Positions 8,959 to 18,704 of a stretch of DNA of 64,000 nt are shown in pieces; positions within the stretch are counted from its first letter, which is position 1, and the number at the start of each line of letters is the position of its first letter. The translations under genes and the position numbers were made by a program. Below the pieces are notes generated by a model. The model saw nothing but the letters and a program-made list of their open reading frames with translations. It made no database searches and was not told where the DNA came from. Source of the stretch: Planctomycetota bacterium (GTDB taxonomy: Bacteria; Planctomycetota; UBA1135; UBA2386); the NCBI GenBank assembly GCA_947501605.1, contig CANMWZ010000004.1:96001-160000 (forward strand). Direction: 5' to 3'.

Positions 8959-11067
8959 TTAGCGCAGGATGGCTGCCGTGAACTCGGTCTCGGCATTGCT
9001 CGCACCGTAACCCCACGCTGCGAGCCCGCGCCACGGCGAAGGCAGCGCGGCTTCGATCCGAACGCCTTGCGCAACGACGGCGATCCGTTCCTTCGTTTCG
9101 GAAACGGTGATCGCAATCGTCACTGGCGAGGACCCATCCCACTCGATCGCCGCGCCGGCAAGTTCGCGCATGCCCTCGGCGCCAAGCAGTTGCAGCCGAC
9201 GGCGTCCGAAGGCGATGCCGGCGCGGATGCGGGCGGTGCCGCCGTCTTCGCCAGCGCCAAGCTCCGTGGCGCCGTCGAGCACGACGTAGCCGTTCTGCTG
9301 TTGACGTCCCGCAAGCGGGCGCAGAGTCACGGTTACTGCGGTCACCGTATCGCTCGGCGGCGATTGCAACGCAAACCCGGCGGTCGCGTTGGCGAACACC
9401 CGGTAGCCGCCGTCGATGGGCAAGATGCGGGTGATGCCGGCGGTGCGCGGGAAGGCGCCGCTGGCGAGATCGCCCGTGGTGTCGTCGTACTGCGTGCGCA
9501 GTGCCTGTAGTTGTCGTTCGAGTTGCAGGCGCAGCTCACCGTAGTCCGGGTTGTCGGCGACGCTGTGCAGTTCGTTCGGGTCCTTCTCCAGGTCGAACAA
9601 CTCGACGCCGTCGACCTCAGGCTCGTAGTAGCGAATCAGCTTGTGGCGGCTCGTGCGCACGCCGAAGTGCGCCGGCACTTGGTGCGTCGCCTTGGATTCG
9701 TAGTAGTGGTAGTAGATCGCCGTGCGCCAGTCGGCAGGTTGCTCGCCTTGCAGCAACGGCACGAGGCTCTTGCCGTGCATCGACTCCGGCACTGGAGCTC
9801 CAGCCAGGTCGAGGAAGGTCGGCGCAAAGTCGATGTTCTGGGTCAACTGCGTCACTTCCCGCGGGCCATTCACATGGCCCGGCCAGGACAGCAGCAGCGG
9901 CATGCGTAGGCTCTCCTCGTACATCCAGCGCTTGTCGTAGTAGCCGTGGTCGCCGAGGAAGAAGCCTTGGTCCGAGCTATAGATGACGATGGTGTTGGCC
10001 TTCACCACGGGATGCGCGTCGAGCCAGTCGAGCAGTTGGCCGACGCTGCGGTCGACACCGGCGACACAGCGAAGGTAGTTCTTGAGGTAGCGCTGCAGTT
10101 TCCAGCGGACGAGGGCCTGGTCCTTTGGCGGATCGCGACGAAACGCTGCATTCTCGGCAGCGAACGCAGCCAGGAAGGTCGTGCGCTGGGCGTCGGAGAG
10201 ACGCGTCATCATGGGGTCCCACCACGTGTCCTTTCCCCTCGCCCGGGTGCGTTCGGCCTCGGTTGGCTCGACCATCAAGTCAGAGTGCAGATACAGATCG
10301 CGGTCGATTTGCATCTCCGTCGCAGCCGCGGCGCCGATGCGGTCGCGGTAGTCATCGAACAGCGTCTCGGGCTCCGGCAGTGTCGTGTCGCGGTAGAGCG
10401 CGAGGTCTTGTGGCGCTGGCATCCACTCGCGATGAGGCGCTTTGTGCTGGCACATCAGCACGAACGGCTTGTCCGCGTCGCGGCCGTGTTCGAGCCACTC
10501 GATGGCCATCGAAGTGGTCAGGTCTGTGACGTGGCCGTCCTTGCGTACGCGCCCGGTCGCGGTTTCGAAGTCGGGGTTGTAGTAGTGCCCTTGGCCCGGA
10601 AGCACGGCCCACGTGTCGAAGCCCTGCGGTTCCGACTCGAGGTGCCATTTGCCGAAGATCGCGGTGGTGTAACCGGCCTGCTGCAGCAGCTGAGGAAACG
10701 TCCGCTGCGCGCCGTCGAAGAGGTTGCCGTTGCGCATGAAGCCATTGGCGTGACTGTGCAAGCCGGTCAGGATCGTGGCGCGCGACGGGCCGCACAGGGC
10801 GTTACCGCAGAAGTTGTTGCGGAACAAGACGCCGTCCGCTGCGAGGCGATCAATGTTGGGTGTCCGATTCAGCTTCGACCCATACGCACTGATCGCATGC
10901 GCGGCGTGATCGTCACTCAACACGAACAGGATGTTCGGGCGCGTTCCCTGCAGCGACGGTTTCGCTGGGTCCTGGGCCAGCAGGAGGCTCGCGAACAACG
11001 GCCACGCTAGGACCGTGCGTCGCAGGCACGTTGGCACGTTCACGAGGCGCTCGGCGAGTCGTCGCAT
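8959..11067 (-). CDS. Formylglycine-dependent (S1) sulfatase with C-terminal extension
   Basis: RPNILFVLSDDH, CGPSRA, GKWHL, KAPHR, SDQGFFLGDHG; signal-peptide-like N-terminus. Confidence 0.93.
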   Translation of the reverse strand: MRRLAERLVNVPTCLRRTVLAWPLFASLLLAQDPAKPSLQGTRPNILFVLSDDHAAHAISAYGSKLNRTPNIDRLAADGVLFRNNFCGNALCGPSRATILTGLHSHANGFMRNGNLFDGAQRTFPQLLQQAGYTTAIFGKWHLESEPQGFDTWAVLPGQGHYYNPDFETATGRVRKDGHVTDLTTSMAIEWLEHGRDADKPFVLMCQHKAPHREWMPAPQDLALYRDTTLPEPETLFDDYRDRIGAAAATEMQIDRDLYLHSDLMVEPTEAERTRARGKDTWWDPMMTRLSDAQRTTFLAAFAAENAAFRRDPPKDQALVRWKLQRYLKNYLRCVAGVDRSVGQLLDWLDAHPVVKANTIVIYSSDQGFFLGDHGYYDKRWMYEESLRMPLLLSWPGHVNGPREVTQLTQNIDFAPTFLDLAGAPVPESMHGKSLVPLLQGEQPADWRTAIYYHYYESKATHQVPAHFGVRTSRHKLIRYYEPEVDGVELFDLEKDPNELHSVADNPDYGELRLQLERQLQALRTQYDDTTGDLASGAFPRTAGITRILPIDGGYRVFANATAGFALQSPPSDTVTAVTVTLRPLAGRQQQNGYVVLDGATELGAGEDGGTARIRAGIAFGRRRLQLLGAEGMRELAGAAIEWDGSSPVTIAITVSETKERIAVVAQGVRIEAALPSPWRGLAAWGYGASNAETEFTAAILR

Positions 11068-11101
11068 GGCCCGACGATAGTGCAGGACCGCACCGGCAGC
11101 G

Positions 11102-12004
11102 TCACTGACCGCGTGGAAGCCGGTCGCTGGTCGCAGAGCGGTAGAAGTCGGCGATGATCTGCCAGCACTCCTGCGCCGTCTCCGCGAAGCGGACGAGTTC
11201 GAGATCCTCAGGTGCGATCGTGCCCTCGTCGACGAACATCTGCCAATCGATGAGTTTGGCCCAGTAGTCGCGGCCGAACAGTACGACAGGCATCGGTTGC
11301 ATGCGGTGGGTCTGGATCAGCGTCAGCGCCTCGAACAACTCGTCGAGGGTGCCGAAGCCGCCCGGAAAGGCGACCATCGCCTTGGCGCGCATCAAGAAGT
11401 GCATCTTCCGGATCGCGAAGTACTTGAACTCGAAGCAGAGCTCAGGGCTGATGAAGCTGTTGGGCTCCTGCTCGAACGGCAGCGTGATGTTGAGGCCGAT
11501 CGACTTGGCGCCGACGTCGTGCGCCCCGCGGTTCGCGGCCTCCATGATGCCGGGACCGCCGCCGGTGCAGATCACGTTCTCGAGTTTGCCGTCGTGGTTG
11601 CCCTGGGTCGACACGATGCGCGCGAGTTCGCGAGCTTCCTCGTAGTAGTGTGCCTTCTTCAGCACGTTCTCGGCGATGCGGACGCTGCGCTGCAGCCGCG
11701 GGTCCGCGGGCTTCTTGGCCAGCTCCTGACGGCAGCGGAGGAGTCTCTGCTTCGCAGCTTCGGGCTCGATCACTCGGGTGCCGCCAAAGACGACAATCGT
11801 CGAGGCGATACCGTTCTCCTGCATGACCAGCTCAGGCTTCAGCAGCTCGAGTTGCAGGCGCACAGGACGCAGCTCTTCGCGGCCCATGAAGTCTGGGTCG
11901 AGGTGCGACTGGCGGTAGGAGGGGGAGTGCCGGAGGGCAGCGATCCGCTCGGCATGGCCGGTGGGGCTGTCGGCCGTGGCGGGGGCCGTCGGGTGAGAAC
12001 GCAT
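11102..12004 (-). CDS. LOG family (TIGR00730-like) Rossmann-fold protein
   Basis: TGGGPGIMEAANRG, GLNITLPFEQ, PGGFGTLDELFE. Confidence 0.92.
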   Translation of the reverse strand: MRSHPTAPATADSPTGHAERIAALRHSPSYRQSHLDPDFMGREELRPVRLQLELLKPELVMQENGIASTIVVFGGTRVIEPEAAKQRLLRCRQELAKKPADPRLQRSVRIAENVLKKAHYYEEARELARIVSTQGNHDGKLENVICTGGGPGIMEAANRGAHDVGAKSIGLNITLPFEQEPNSFISPELCFEFKYFAIRKMHFLMRAKAMVAFPGGFGTLDELFEALTLIQTHRMQPMPVVLFGRDYWAKLIDWQMFVDEGTIAPEDLELVRFAETAQECWQIIADFYRSATSDRLPRGQ

Positions 12005-12118
12005 CAGTGAGGTGCCAAAGCGAGGCGACTTGGCCGTTCCCATCGGCATTTCCGCGGTTGGACGGGAGCGGATTTCTGCGGATCGCGAGTGGTGGGGCCG
12101 CACCGCTATGTTGTTGGT

Positions 12119-13288
12119 GTGCCCGAGTCCCGTTCGAATCGTCTGCGGTTGACCTACTGCGGCAATGTGCATGCGGCCCAATCCGTCGGCGGCTTCCTCG
12201 ACGGGCTCGATCGCTTCGCCGTACCGGTGCGCGACCTTGGCCGGGTCGCTGGGCGTCCGTTTGGTCTTGGCGCGTGGTGGCCTGCCTCGGTCGCTGCCGA
12301 GATCGCGCGCGAACCGGCAGTGCAAGAACGCGTGCGCCGTGCGCTCGCCGAGCGCGACCTGCCGCTGTGGACGCTGAACGTGTTTCCGCACGGCGACTTC
12401 CACGACGACATCGTCAAGGAGGCGGTCTACCGGCCGGACTGGGGCACCGAAGAGCGCGTGGTCTACACCCGCGACTGCGCCGAGGCGGCTGCGTCCCTGG
12501 TGCCTGCCGGGACGGTAGTGCCACTGTCAACCTTGCCACTCGGCTATCGCGCCGCGGGGGCCGACCCGGCCACGCTGCGGCTGATGGCTTGCAACCTCGC
12601 GCGCGCTGCAACTCACTTGCACGAACTGCACGAGCGCACCGGTGTGCATTGCGTCCTGGCGCTCGAACCGGAGCCGTTCTGTCTGTTGGAGACTGCCGCT
12701 GCCGCGGCGAAGTTCTTCGAACAGTGGTTGCTGACCGCAGGCGTTGCGAATGCGGTGCCGGAACGCGCTGTGCGCGCGCATCTCGGCGTCTGCGTCGACC
12801 TGTGCCATGCGTTCGTCGTCGGCGAGGACCCACTTGCTGTGTTGCGCGACCTGCATGCGCGCGGCATTTCGGTGCCCAAGGTCCAGGTGTCGTCGTGTCT
12901 TGAGTTGCGCGCCCCATCGGGCCTCGACGAACTGTTGGCCTTCGACGAAGTCCGCTACTTGCATCAGACGATCGCTGCCAGCGGCGAACGAGCGCTCGAT
13001 CTCGGCGAGGTCGCCGCACGGCGCTCTGAGTTCGAACGCGCGCTCGCGCACGGTCCGGTCCGGACCCACTACCACATGCCTCTCTGGTGGGATCGCGACG
13101 GCGCGTTCGGCTCGACGCGGGCCTTGCTGGAGCGGGCGCTCGACGGCCTGCGCCAACTACCGTCGCCGCCGCTGTGCGAGGTCGAGACCTACACCTGGTC
13201 GGTGCTGACGGGCGAATTGTGCAATGCGCCGCTGCCAGAACGCATCGCTCGCGAGCTCGACTTCGCGGCAAAACGACTCGGAATCTGA
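12119..13288 (+). CDS. eboE: EboE-like metabolite traffic protein (TIM barrel)
   Basis: LTYCGNVH, FGLGAW, TLNVFPHGDFH, VKEAVYRPDW, LEPEP, RYLHQ, RTHYHMP, EVETYTW. Confidence 0.88.
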   Translation: MPESRSNRLRLTYCGNVHAAQSVGGFLDGLDRFAVPVRDLGRVAGRPFGLGAWWPASVAAEIAREPAVQERVRRALAERDLPLWTLNVFPHGDFHDDIVKEAVYRPDWGTEERVVYTRDCAEAAASLVPAGTVVPLSTLPLGYRAAGADPATLRLMACNLARAATHLHELHERTGVHCVLALEPEPFCLLETAAAAAKFFEQWLLTAGVANAVPERAVRAHLGVCVDLCHAFVVGEDPLAVLRDLHARGISVPKVQVSSCLELRAPSGLDELLAFDEVRYLHQTIAASGERALDLGEVAARRSEFERALAHGPVRTHYHMPLWWDRDGAFGSTRALLERALDGLRQLPSPPLCEVETYTWSVLTGELCNAPLPERIARELDFAAKRLGI

Positions 13289-13340
13289 CACTGCTCGTCT
13301 TCCGGACGTATCCTGTCGCGCCCGTGCTTCCGACCGAGCG

Positions 13341-14009
13341 ATGATCCACCTGCAAAACGTCACCAAGAGCTACCGCCAGGGCGAGCGGTCGGTCCTCGCC
13401 TGTGAAGTCCGCGAGTTGCGAATCGAGAAGGGCGAACACGTCGCGCTGATTGGCCGGTCGGGCACTGGCAAAACCACGCTGCTGCATGTGCTCGCGGGCA
13501 TCCTGCGACCGGACGAGGGCACGATCGACATCGCCGGCAGGCGCATCGACACCATGTCCGAGTCCGAACGCGATCGCTTCCGTGGGCAGCACATCGGCAT
13601 GGTCTACCAGACCTTCAATCTGCTGCAGCCGTTCACGGCATTGGAGAACGTGCTGCTCGGCGCGCTGTTCGGGCGCGGTGCGAGTCACGCGGCCAGTCAA
13701 CGAGCAAAGAGCCTGCTCGAACGCACCGGTCTTGGTGACCGCATGCACCATCGTCCGAGCGAGTTGTCGGTGGGGCAGGTCCAGCGCGTCGCGATTTGCC
13801 GCGCGTTGGTCAACGACCCCGAGGTCGTCCTCATGGACGAGCCCCTCGGCAACCAGGACCGTTCGACCGGTGGGCAGGTCCTCCAGTTGCTGCTCGAGCT
13901 TGCGCGCGAAGGCGGCAAGACCGTGGTGATGGTCACTCACGACCCCGATTCGGCTTCGCGCATGCAGCGGACCATCGACTTGGCGACGCTGCGGAGGCAT
14001 GCGTCGTGA
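13341..14009 (+). CDS. ABC transporter ATP-binding protein (LolD/MacB-like)
   Basis: Walker A GRSGTGKT, LSVGQVQRV signature, VLMDEP, VTHD. Confidence 0.93.
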   Translation: MIHLQNVTKSYRQGERSVLACEVRELRIEKGEHVALIGRSGTGKTTLLHVLAGILRPDEGTIDIAGRRIDTMSESERDRFRGQHIGMVYQTFNLLQPFTALENVLLGALFGRGASHAASQRAKSLLERTGLGDRMHHRPSELSVGQVQRVAICRALVNDPEVVLMDEPLGNQDRSTGGQVLQLLLELAREGGKTVVMVTHDPDSASRMQRTIDLATLRRHAS

Positions 14010-15397
14010 AACTCTGGTCGATCAGTGTGCGCAACCTGCGCATTCGCCTTGTGTCGACGATTCTGACGATGCTTGCGATCACGGTCGCGACCGGACTCTA
14101 CGCGGCGATCATGCTGATGGCCCAGCAGACGCGAGAGCGCTACGAGGGGAGCATCGGCGGCTACCAGACCGTGTTCGGGCCGAAGGACAGTTCGCAGCTC
14201 GAGCTGTTGCTCAACACGATTTTCAACGTGGGTGAGGCGCCTGGGCAGATCCCGCTGAAGGTCTGCGATGACTTGCGCGAAGGCCGCGTGACCCGCCGCG
14301 GCGTGGTGCGCTATGCGATCCCACAAGGCCGCGGCGACAGCATCAGTCGCTACGGCTTCCCGGTTATCGGCACCACCGATGAGATGTTCTCGCTGTTCGA
14401 GTGGCAGCGGGCGCCTCTGCGGTTCCAAGAGGGCGGGCCCTGGGCGTTTGCCTATCAGGACCTCAAGGTGCTCGCGGACGAACTGGCCGCCTTCGAGACC
14501 GTGCGCCGAACCGGCGAGGGCACGCTGCCGGTGCGACCGGTGATCGACCCAAAGTGGAAAAAGGCGGTTATCGGTCAGCGTGTCGCGCGTTCGCTCGAGC
14601 TCTCTCTCGGTAGCACCATCGTGCCGGTGCACGGCAAGTTCGGCGAGTTCGGTTCGCACGAGCATCCCGAGGCCGCCTGTGAAGTGGTGGGCATTCTCGC
14701 GCCCACCAACTCGCCGCTCGACACGACCGTGTTCCTACCGCTCGGCGTCCAGCTTCTGGTCGGTGGGCACGAAGGCGGCCTGTTCAAGGTCGAGGTGCCT
14801 CAGGGAAAGAACCCAGACGATGCCGCCAAGCTGCCCGTCACTGCCGGCCAGCTCGCCCTCACGGCGTTACTCGTTGATCCGAAGGATCCGGTTGGTGCCC
14901 AGATCCTTCGTCGTGAGTTCAGTGCGCGCGGCGATGCCCAGGCAGCGTGGCCGCAGGACGTGATTCCCAAGTTCTTGCGCCAACTCGGCAACGCCGCCGA
15001 CTGGCTCGAGATCATCGCCCAACTCGTACTCGTGGTTGCGGCCATGATGATCGCCGTAGCGATCTACAACACGATGAACGAACGCCGGCGGGAGATTGCG
15101 ATCATGCGTTCGCTCGGTGCGCGCCGCACCCAGATCGTGGCCATCATCGTCGGCGAAGCTACCATGCTGTCGCTCGGCGGTGCGGTGCTCGGCGTGCTGC
15201 TCTGCCACGTTGCCGCCTTCTTCTTGCGGTCCACAATCGAAGACATGACCGGCGTCTGGCTCGACTGGACTGCATTCGCCGACCGCGAGCTGTATCTTCT
15301 GCTCGGCGTTGCTCTGCTCGGTGCGAGCGCCGGGCTATTGCCCGCGATCAAGGGCTCGACCACGCAGGTTGCCGACAATCTCTCCCAGACCTACTGA
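14006..15397 (+). CDS. ABC transporter permease (FtsX/MacB type, ZrgC-like)
   Basis: FGPKDSSQLELLLN, RGD, HEH, MNERRREIAIMRSLGA, four predicted TM segments; GTGA overlap with the ATPase. Confidence 0.88.
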   Translation: MKLWSISVRNLRIRLVSTILTMLAITVATGLYAAIMLMAQQTRERYEGSIGGYQTVFGPKDSSQLELLLNTIFNVGEAPGQIPLKVCDDLREGRVTRRGVVRYAIPQGRGDSISRYGFPVIGTTDEMFSLFEWQRAPLRFQEGGPWAFAYQDLKVLADELAAFETVRRTGEGTLPVRPVIDPKWKKAVIGQRVARSLELSLGSTIVPVHGKFGEFGSHEHPEAACEVVGILAPTNSPLDTTVFLPLGVQLLVGGHEGGLFKVEVPQGKNPDDAAKLPVTAGQLALTALLVDPKDPVGAQILRREFSARGDAQAAWPQDVIPKFLRQLGNAADWLEIIAQLVLVVAAMMIAVAIYNTMNERRREIAIMRSLGARRTQIVAIIVGEATMLSLGGAVLGVLLCHVAAFFLRSTIEDMTGVWLDWTAFADRELYLLLGVALLGASAGLLPAIKGSTTQVADNLSQTY

Positions 15398-15404
15398 ACT
15401 CGCC

Positions 15405-16145
15405 ATGAAGATCGTCGTCACTGCTCTGCTCTCGCTTGCACTGTTGCCAGGTCAGCAGCCCCTGCCGACGCCGACGCCGACGCCGCCCAAGGTGGCGCCC
15501 AAGGTCGAGAAGGCTGAGCCGAAGCCAGCGGCAGACAAGCCTCGTCAACCCGAAGCGCCCCAGCAACCCGAACCCAAGCAACCTGTCGAGACGCCAAAGG
15601 ACCCGGTCAAGGATCCCGCACAAGAGTCCCCAGGCCAACCCCGGGAAGGCGATCCTGCCCCGGTGATCCCGCAGGGGTCTGACCCCGCGGATCTGGCGGC
15701 CATGCGGAGCGCCGAGGCCATGTTGGCCGCGGAACGTCGACTGGCGCAGTTGCTCAAGGAAGGCAAGATCGCCGGGCTCGACAAGGTGGTGACCTTCGAC
15801 GAGTTGACGGCATGGGTCTACGAGGACGGTCTCAAGGGCATGCCGAAGAAACTCAAGGACCTCAACGGCAAGAAGGTGCTGATGTCCGGCTTCATGCTGC
15901 CCATCGACGAGGTGCAGAACATCAAGGAGTTCTTGCTCGTCCAGTCGCTGTGGTCGTGCTGCTACGGCCAGCCCCCTGACATCAATGGCATCGTGCGCGT
16001 AGTCATGCCAAAGGGCAAAACGACGGATTACTTCTTCGACCCCTTGAAGGTCATCGGCACGTTCAAGGTCGAAGCGACGACGATCGACGGCTACTGCGTC
16101 GACATCTATCAGATCGAAGTCGAGAGCCTCGAAGCGCTCAAGTAG
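15405..16145 (+). CDS. DUF3299 domain protein with signal peptide and Pro-rich linker
   Basis: LNGKKVLMSGFMLP, EFLLV...SCCYGQPP, GTFKV. Confidence 0.85.
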   Translation: MKIVVTALLSLALLPGQQPLPTPTPTPPKVAPKVEKAEPKPAADKPRQPEAPQQPEPKQPVETPKDPVKDPAQESPGQPREGDPAPVIPQGSDPADLAAMRSAEAMLAAERRLAQLLKEGKIAGLDKVVTFDELTAWVYEDGLKGMPKKLKDLNGKKVLMSGFMLPIDEVQNIKEFLLVQSLWSCCYGQPPDINGIVRVVMPKGKTTDYFFDPLKVIGTFKVEATTIDGYCVDIYQIEVESLEALK

Positions 16146-16401
16146 GCGTCGGGTCTCAGGCCCCGCTAGGCCGCTCTGCCGCTAGGTATCTGGGCCTATG
16201 GGCCCCTCTGAGTGTGTGGGGGGCCTCAGGGTTGTGGTCCCGCGGCGCTGTGGCCTGCTGGTTGCGCCCTTTGCCTGGTTGGTCCGCAGGGGTGGATATC
16301 TCCGGCTGGGGCATGGTTCCGTCCGATGCCAGCGCAGACTCGGGAAGATTCTGTCGAGGTTCACCCAAGTAGCGACAGATCTCGCGCCGATAGGCGAAGC
16401 G

Positions 16402-17853
16402 ATGTTGTCCGATCCGTCGCGAGCCGGGAACGGGATGACCCTGACCGCGCGCCTCTGTTTGGCGCTTTCGGCCGGGGCCGTCTTCGTTGCTGCGTTGCTA
16501 GGCCTGCTCGGCGCCGATCGCGCAGCGCAAGCGCAGCGTGAGGCCGCGGAGGTCTCCGAGCGTCGATTCGCCGAACAACTCGCGGAGCGCGCCGCCCCGA
16601 TGCTGGAGCGTGGCGATCTCCTCCGACTGTCGATGCTCGCAACAGCAGGCCGGGATCTGCATGCGGCACGAGTGATCCTGCTGGAGCGCACGGGTCGCGT
16701 GGTGCTCGATACCGATCTGGTCCTTGGCGATCGGCAGCTGAATCTGCTGGCGCAGACGGGTTCGTTCCAGCGTGTCCTGGGTGACGGGGATACCGCGGTG
16801 CGCGAGACCTTGGTGCCCGTTCGCTTTGGCGGCGAAGTGCTCGGTGAACTGCGGTTGCACACGGAGCCGTACGCGCAGGCGATGGCCTTCGACCTAGGGC
16901 TGTTTGGTCTCGTGCTCCTCGGCGGGCTCACGCTCGTCGCGGTATCTGGCCTCTTGTGTCACCACTGGGCGTCCCGCGTTCGTGGGGTGACCGACGCAAT
17001 GGTCCAGCTCGCCAGCGGCCATCGCACCGGCCAGCTACCGCGAGAATCGGGCCGTGAGTTGTTCGAACTCGGCCAGGCGCTCCAAGAGCTCGAGAAAGGC
17101 GTGCAAGACGGGTTGCATCGCGTCGTCGAGGAGTTCGTCGAGATGGCGCTGCAAGTCGTCGACGGCTTGGAACGGCGCAATCTCGTGCCGCCTGGGCACG
17201 GAACGCGCACGGCGCGCTACGCCATGATGCTCGCGGATCGCCTCGACCTGATTCCTGCCGACCGCCGCGACGTGGAACTTGCGTGTCGGCTCAGCGACAT
17301 CGGGCGCGCTTGGATCCGGCCTGGACTGCTGCTGCAGGCGGAGTTCGACGCGGCCGATACCGAGGTCGTGCGCCAACATCCGGTGCTCGGAGCCGAGCAC
17401 CTCGACTGCCTACCCGGCCTTCGTCGCATCGCCGAGGTCGTGCGCCATCAAGGTGAACGTCACGACGGCTGCGGCCTGCCTCTTGGACTGCGCAACGAAC
17501 GCATTCCGCTCGGTTCTAGAATGCTCGCGATCGCCAGTGCCTTTGACCTGCTGACGACCTGTGGCGATCCGTCACCGCTGTCGGTCGAGGACGCGTTGTT
17601 GCAGATGGCAGAAGATCGCGGCGAGGTCTACGACCCGTGGATGTTCGACTTGTTCGCCGAGCGCATGCGCAGCGAACCCGCCGCCGAAGTGGAGGACATG
17701 GAACCCGCCGATCGCTCGGTGATGATCCTCCCGCCGGGAAGCTTGCCGTCCCGCGTGCCGGATCCTGCGGATCGCGAGGGCGGGCTCGACTACGCGCTTG
17801 GCGCCGAACTCGAGATCATGCTCGACGAACTGCCGCCCGAGGAGCGCGCGTGA
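16402..17853 (+). CDS. Membrane-anchored HAMP + degenerate HD-GYP domain protein
   Basis: Two TM segments around a sensor region, HAMP-like ELFELGQAL, then GHGTR/SDIGR/QHPVLG/ERHDGCGLP/IPLGSRMLA; alternative start at 16435. Confidence 0.8.
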   Translation: MLSDPSRAGNGMTLTARLCLALSAGAVFVAALLGLLGADRAAQAQREAAEVSERRFAEQLAERAAPMLERGDLLRLSMLATAGRDLHAARVILLERTGRVVLDTDLVLGDRQLNLLAQTGSFQRVLGDGDTAVRETLVPVRFGGEVLGELRLHTEPYAQAMAFDLGLFGLVLLGGLTLVAVSGLLCHHWASRVRGVTDAMVQLASGHRTGQLPRESGRELFELGQALQELEKGVQDGLHRVVEEFVEMALQVVDGLERRNLVPPGHGTRTARYAMMLADRLDLIPADRRDVELACRLSDIGRAWIRPGLLLQAEFDAADTEVVRQHPVLGAEHLDCLPGLRRIAEVVRHQGERHDGCGLPLGLRNERIPLGSRMLAIASAFDLLTTCGDPSPLSVEDALLQMAEDRGEVYDPWMFDLFAERMRSEPAAEVEDMEPADRSVMILPPGSLPSRVPDPADREGGLDYALGAELEIMLDELPPEERA

Positions 17854-18704
17854 TGCCGAGCGTGGCTCGCGTTACTGGCTGCCTGCTCTTGCTGCTCGCG
17901 ACTTCGTGCCACTCGGCGGCTTTCGACCCCGTCGCCGAACTCGATGCCCTGGACCGCGCCCAAGCCGCGCTGGATCAGGGGGAACTCGCCCTTGCCTTGT
18001 GCGCCTTCGACGAAGTCGAGGTTGTCGACCCCCGCTACGCCACCGCGCGGCTCAACGCCGCAGCGGTAGAACAGCGCCTGTTCCGTCAGCAGGAACTCGT
18101 CTTGCTCGGGCTGCACCTTCGCAGTGAGTGGCGCGACGACGAGGCCATCGCGGTGTTCACGGAAGCGTTGGTGTCGTGGCCCGAGGATCTGCATACGCAG
18201 CAGCTGCTGCGCGGCACGGTCGAGCGTCGTCGCTTGCTGGCCCGATCGCGAGCCATCGATCTGGCACCAGCAGAGGTGCCCGCGATCGGCGCGCCGTTCG
18301 AAGCTGCCGTCGAGCCCGGCGCGCCGCCGGCTCCGGCCGCAGAAACTGCTGCGGCTCTGCATCTCGAGGTCGAGTCGCCAATGTCCGTCGAGGCCACTCG
18401 CGTCGGCCCCGATGACCTGATCGGTGGCAAGCTGGTGCGGTTGGAGGAGCGGCTCCAACGCGGCGAACTCGACTCCGTGCTCGCCGAGTTTGCCGCCATG
18501 CAACAGAAGTGGCCTGGCGACCCGCGGGTGTGCGGCCGGCTAGCGCGGTTGCTGTTGCAGCGCGGACTGCTGCACTATGGGCGCGGACAACTCGATGCGG
18601 CGATCGCGGATTGGCGTCGCGCGCAAGCACTGGATCCGCAGCTCGCGGGCCTGCCGATGCTGATCGAGCTGGCGACGCGCGAACTCGCGCTGCCGCCGCG
18701 TTGA
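17853..18704 (+). CDS. Tetratricopeptide-repeat lipoprotein
   Basis: Lipobox-like LATSC; TPR-like GLLHYGRGQLDAAIADWRRAQALDP; start overlaps the upstream stop. Confidence 0.7.
   Translation: MPSVARVTGCLLLLLATSCHSAAFDPVAELDALDRAQAALDQGELALALCAFDEVEVVDPRYATARLNAAAVEQRLFRQQELVLLGLHLRSEWRDDEAIAVFTEALVSWPEDLHTQQLLRGTVERRRLLARSRAIDLAPAEVPAIGAPFEAAVEPGAPPAPAAETAAALHLEVESPMSVEATRVGPDDLIGGKLVRLEERLQRGELDSVLAEFAAMQQKWPGDPRVCGRLARLLLQRGLLHYGRGQLDAAIADWRRAQALDPQLAGLPMLIELATRELALPPR

Noticed and set aside
16364..16393. Sigma28-like promoter (GCCGATA at 16386-16392) before the HD-GYP gene
   Set aside because: The -35 element and spacing (CCAAG-N16) fit poorly; too weak to call
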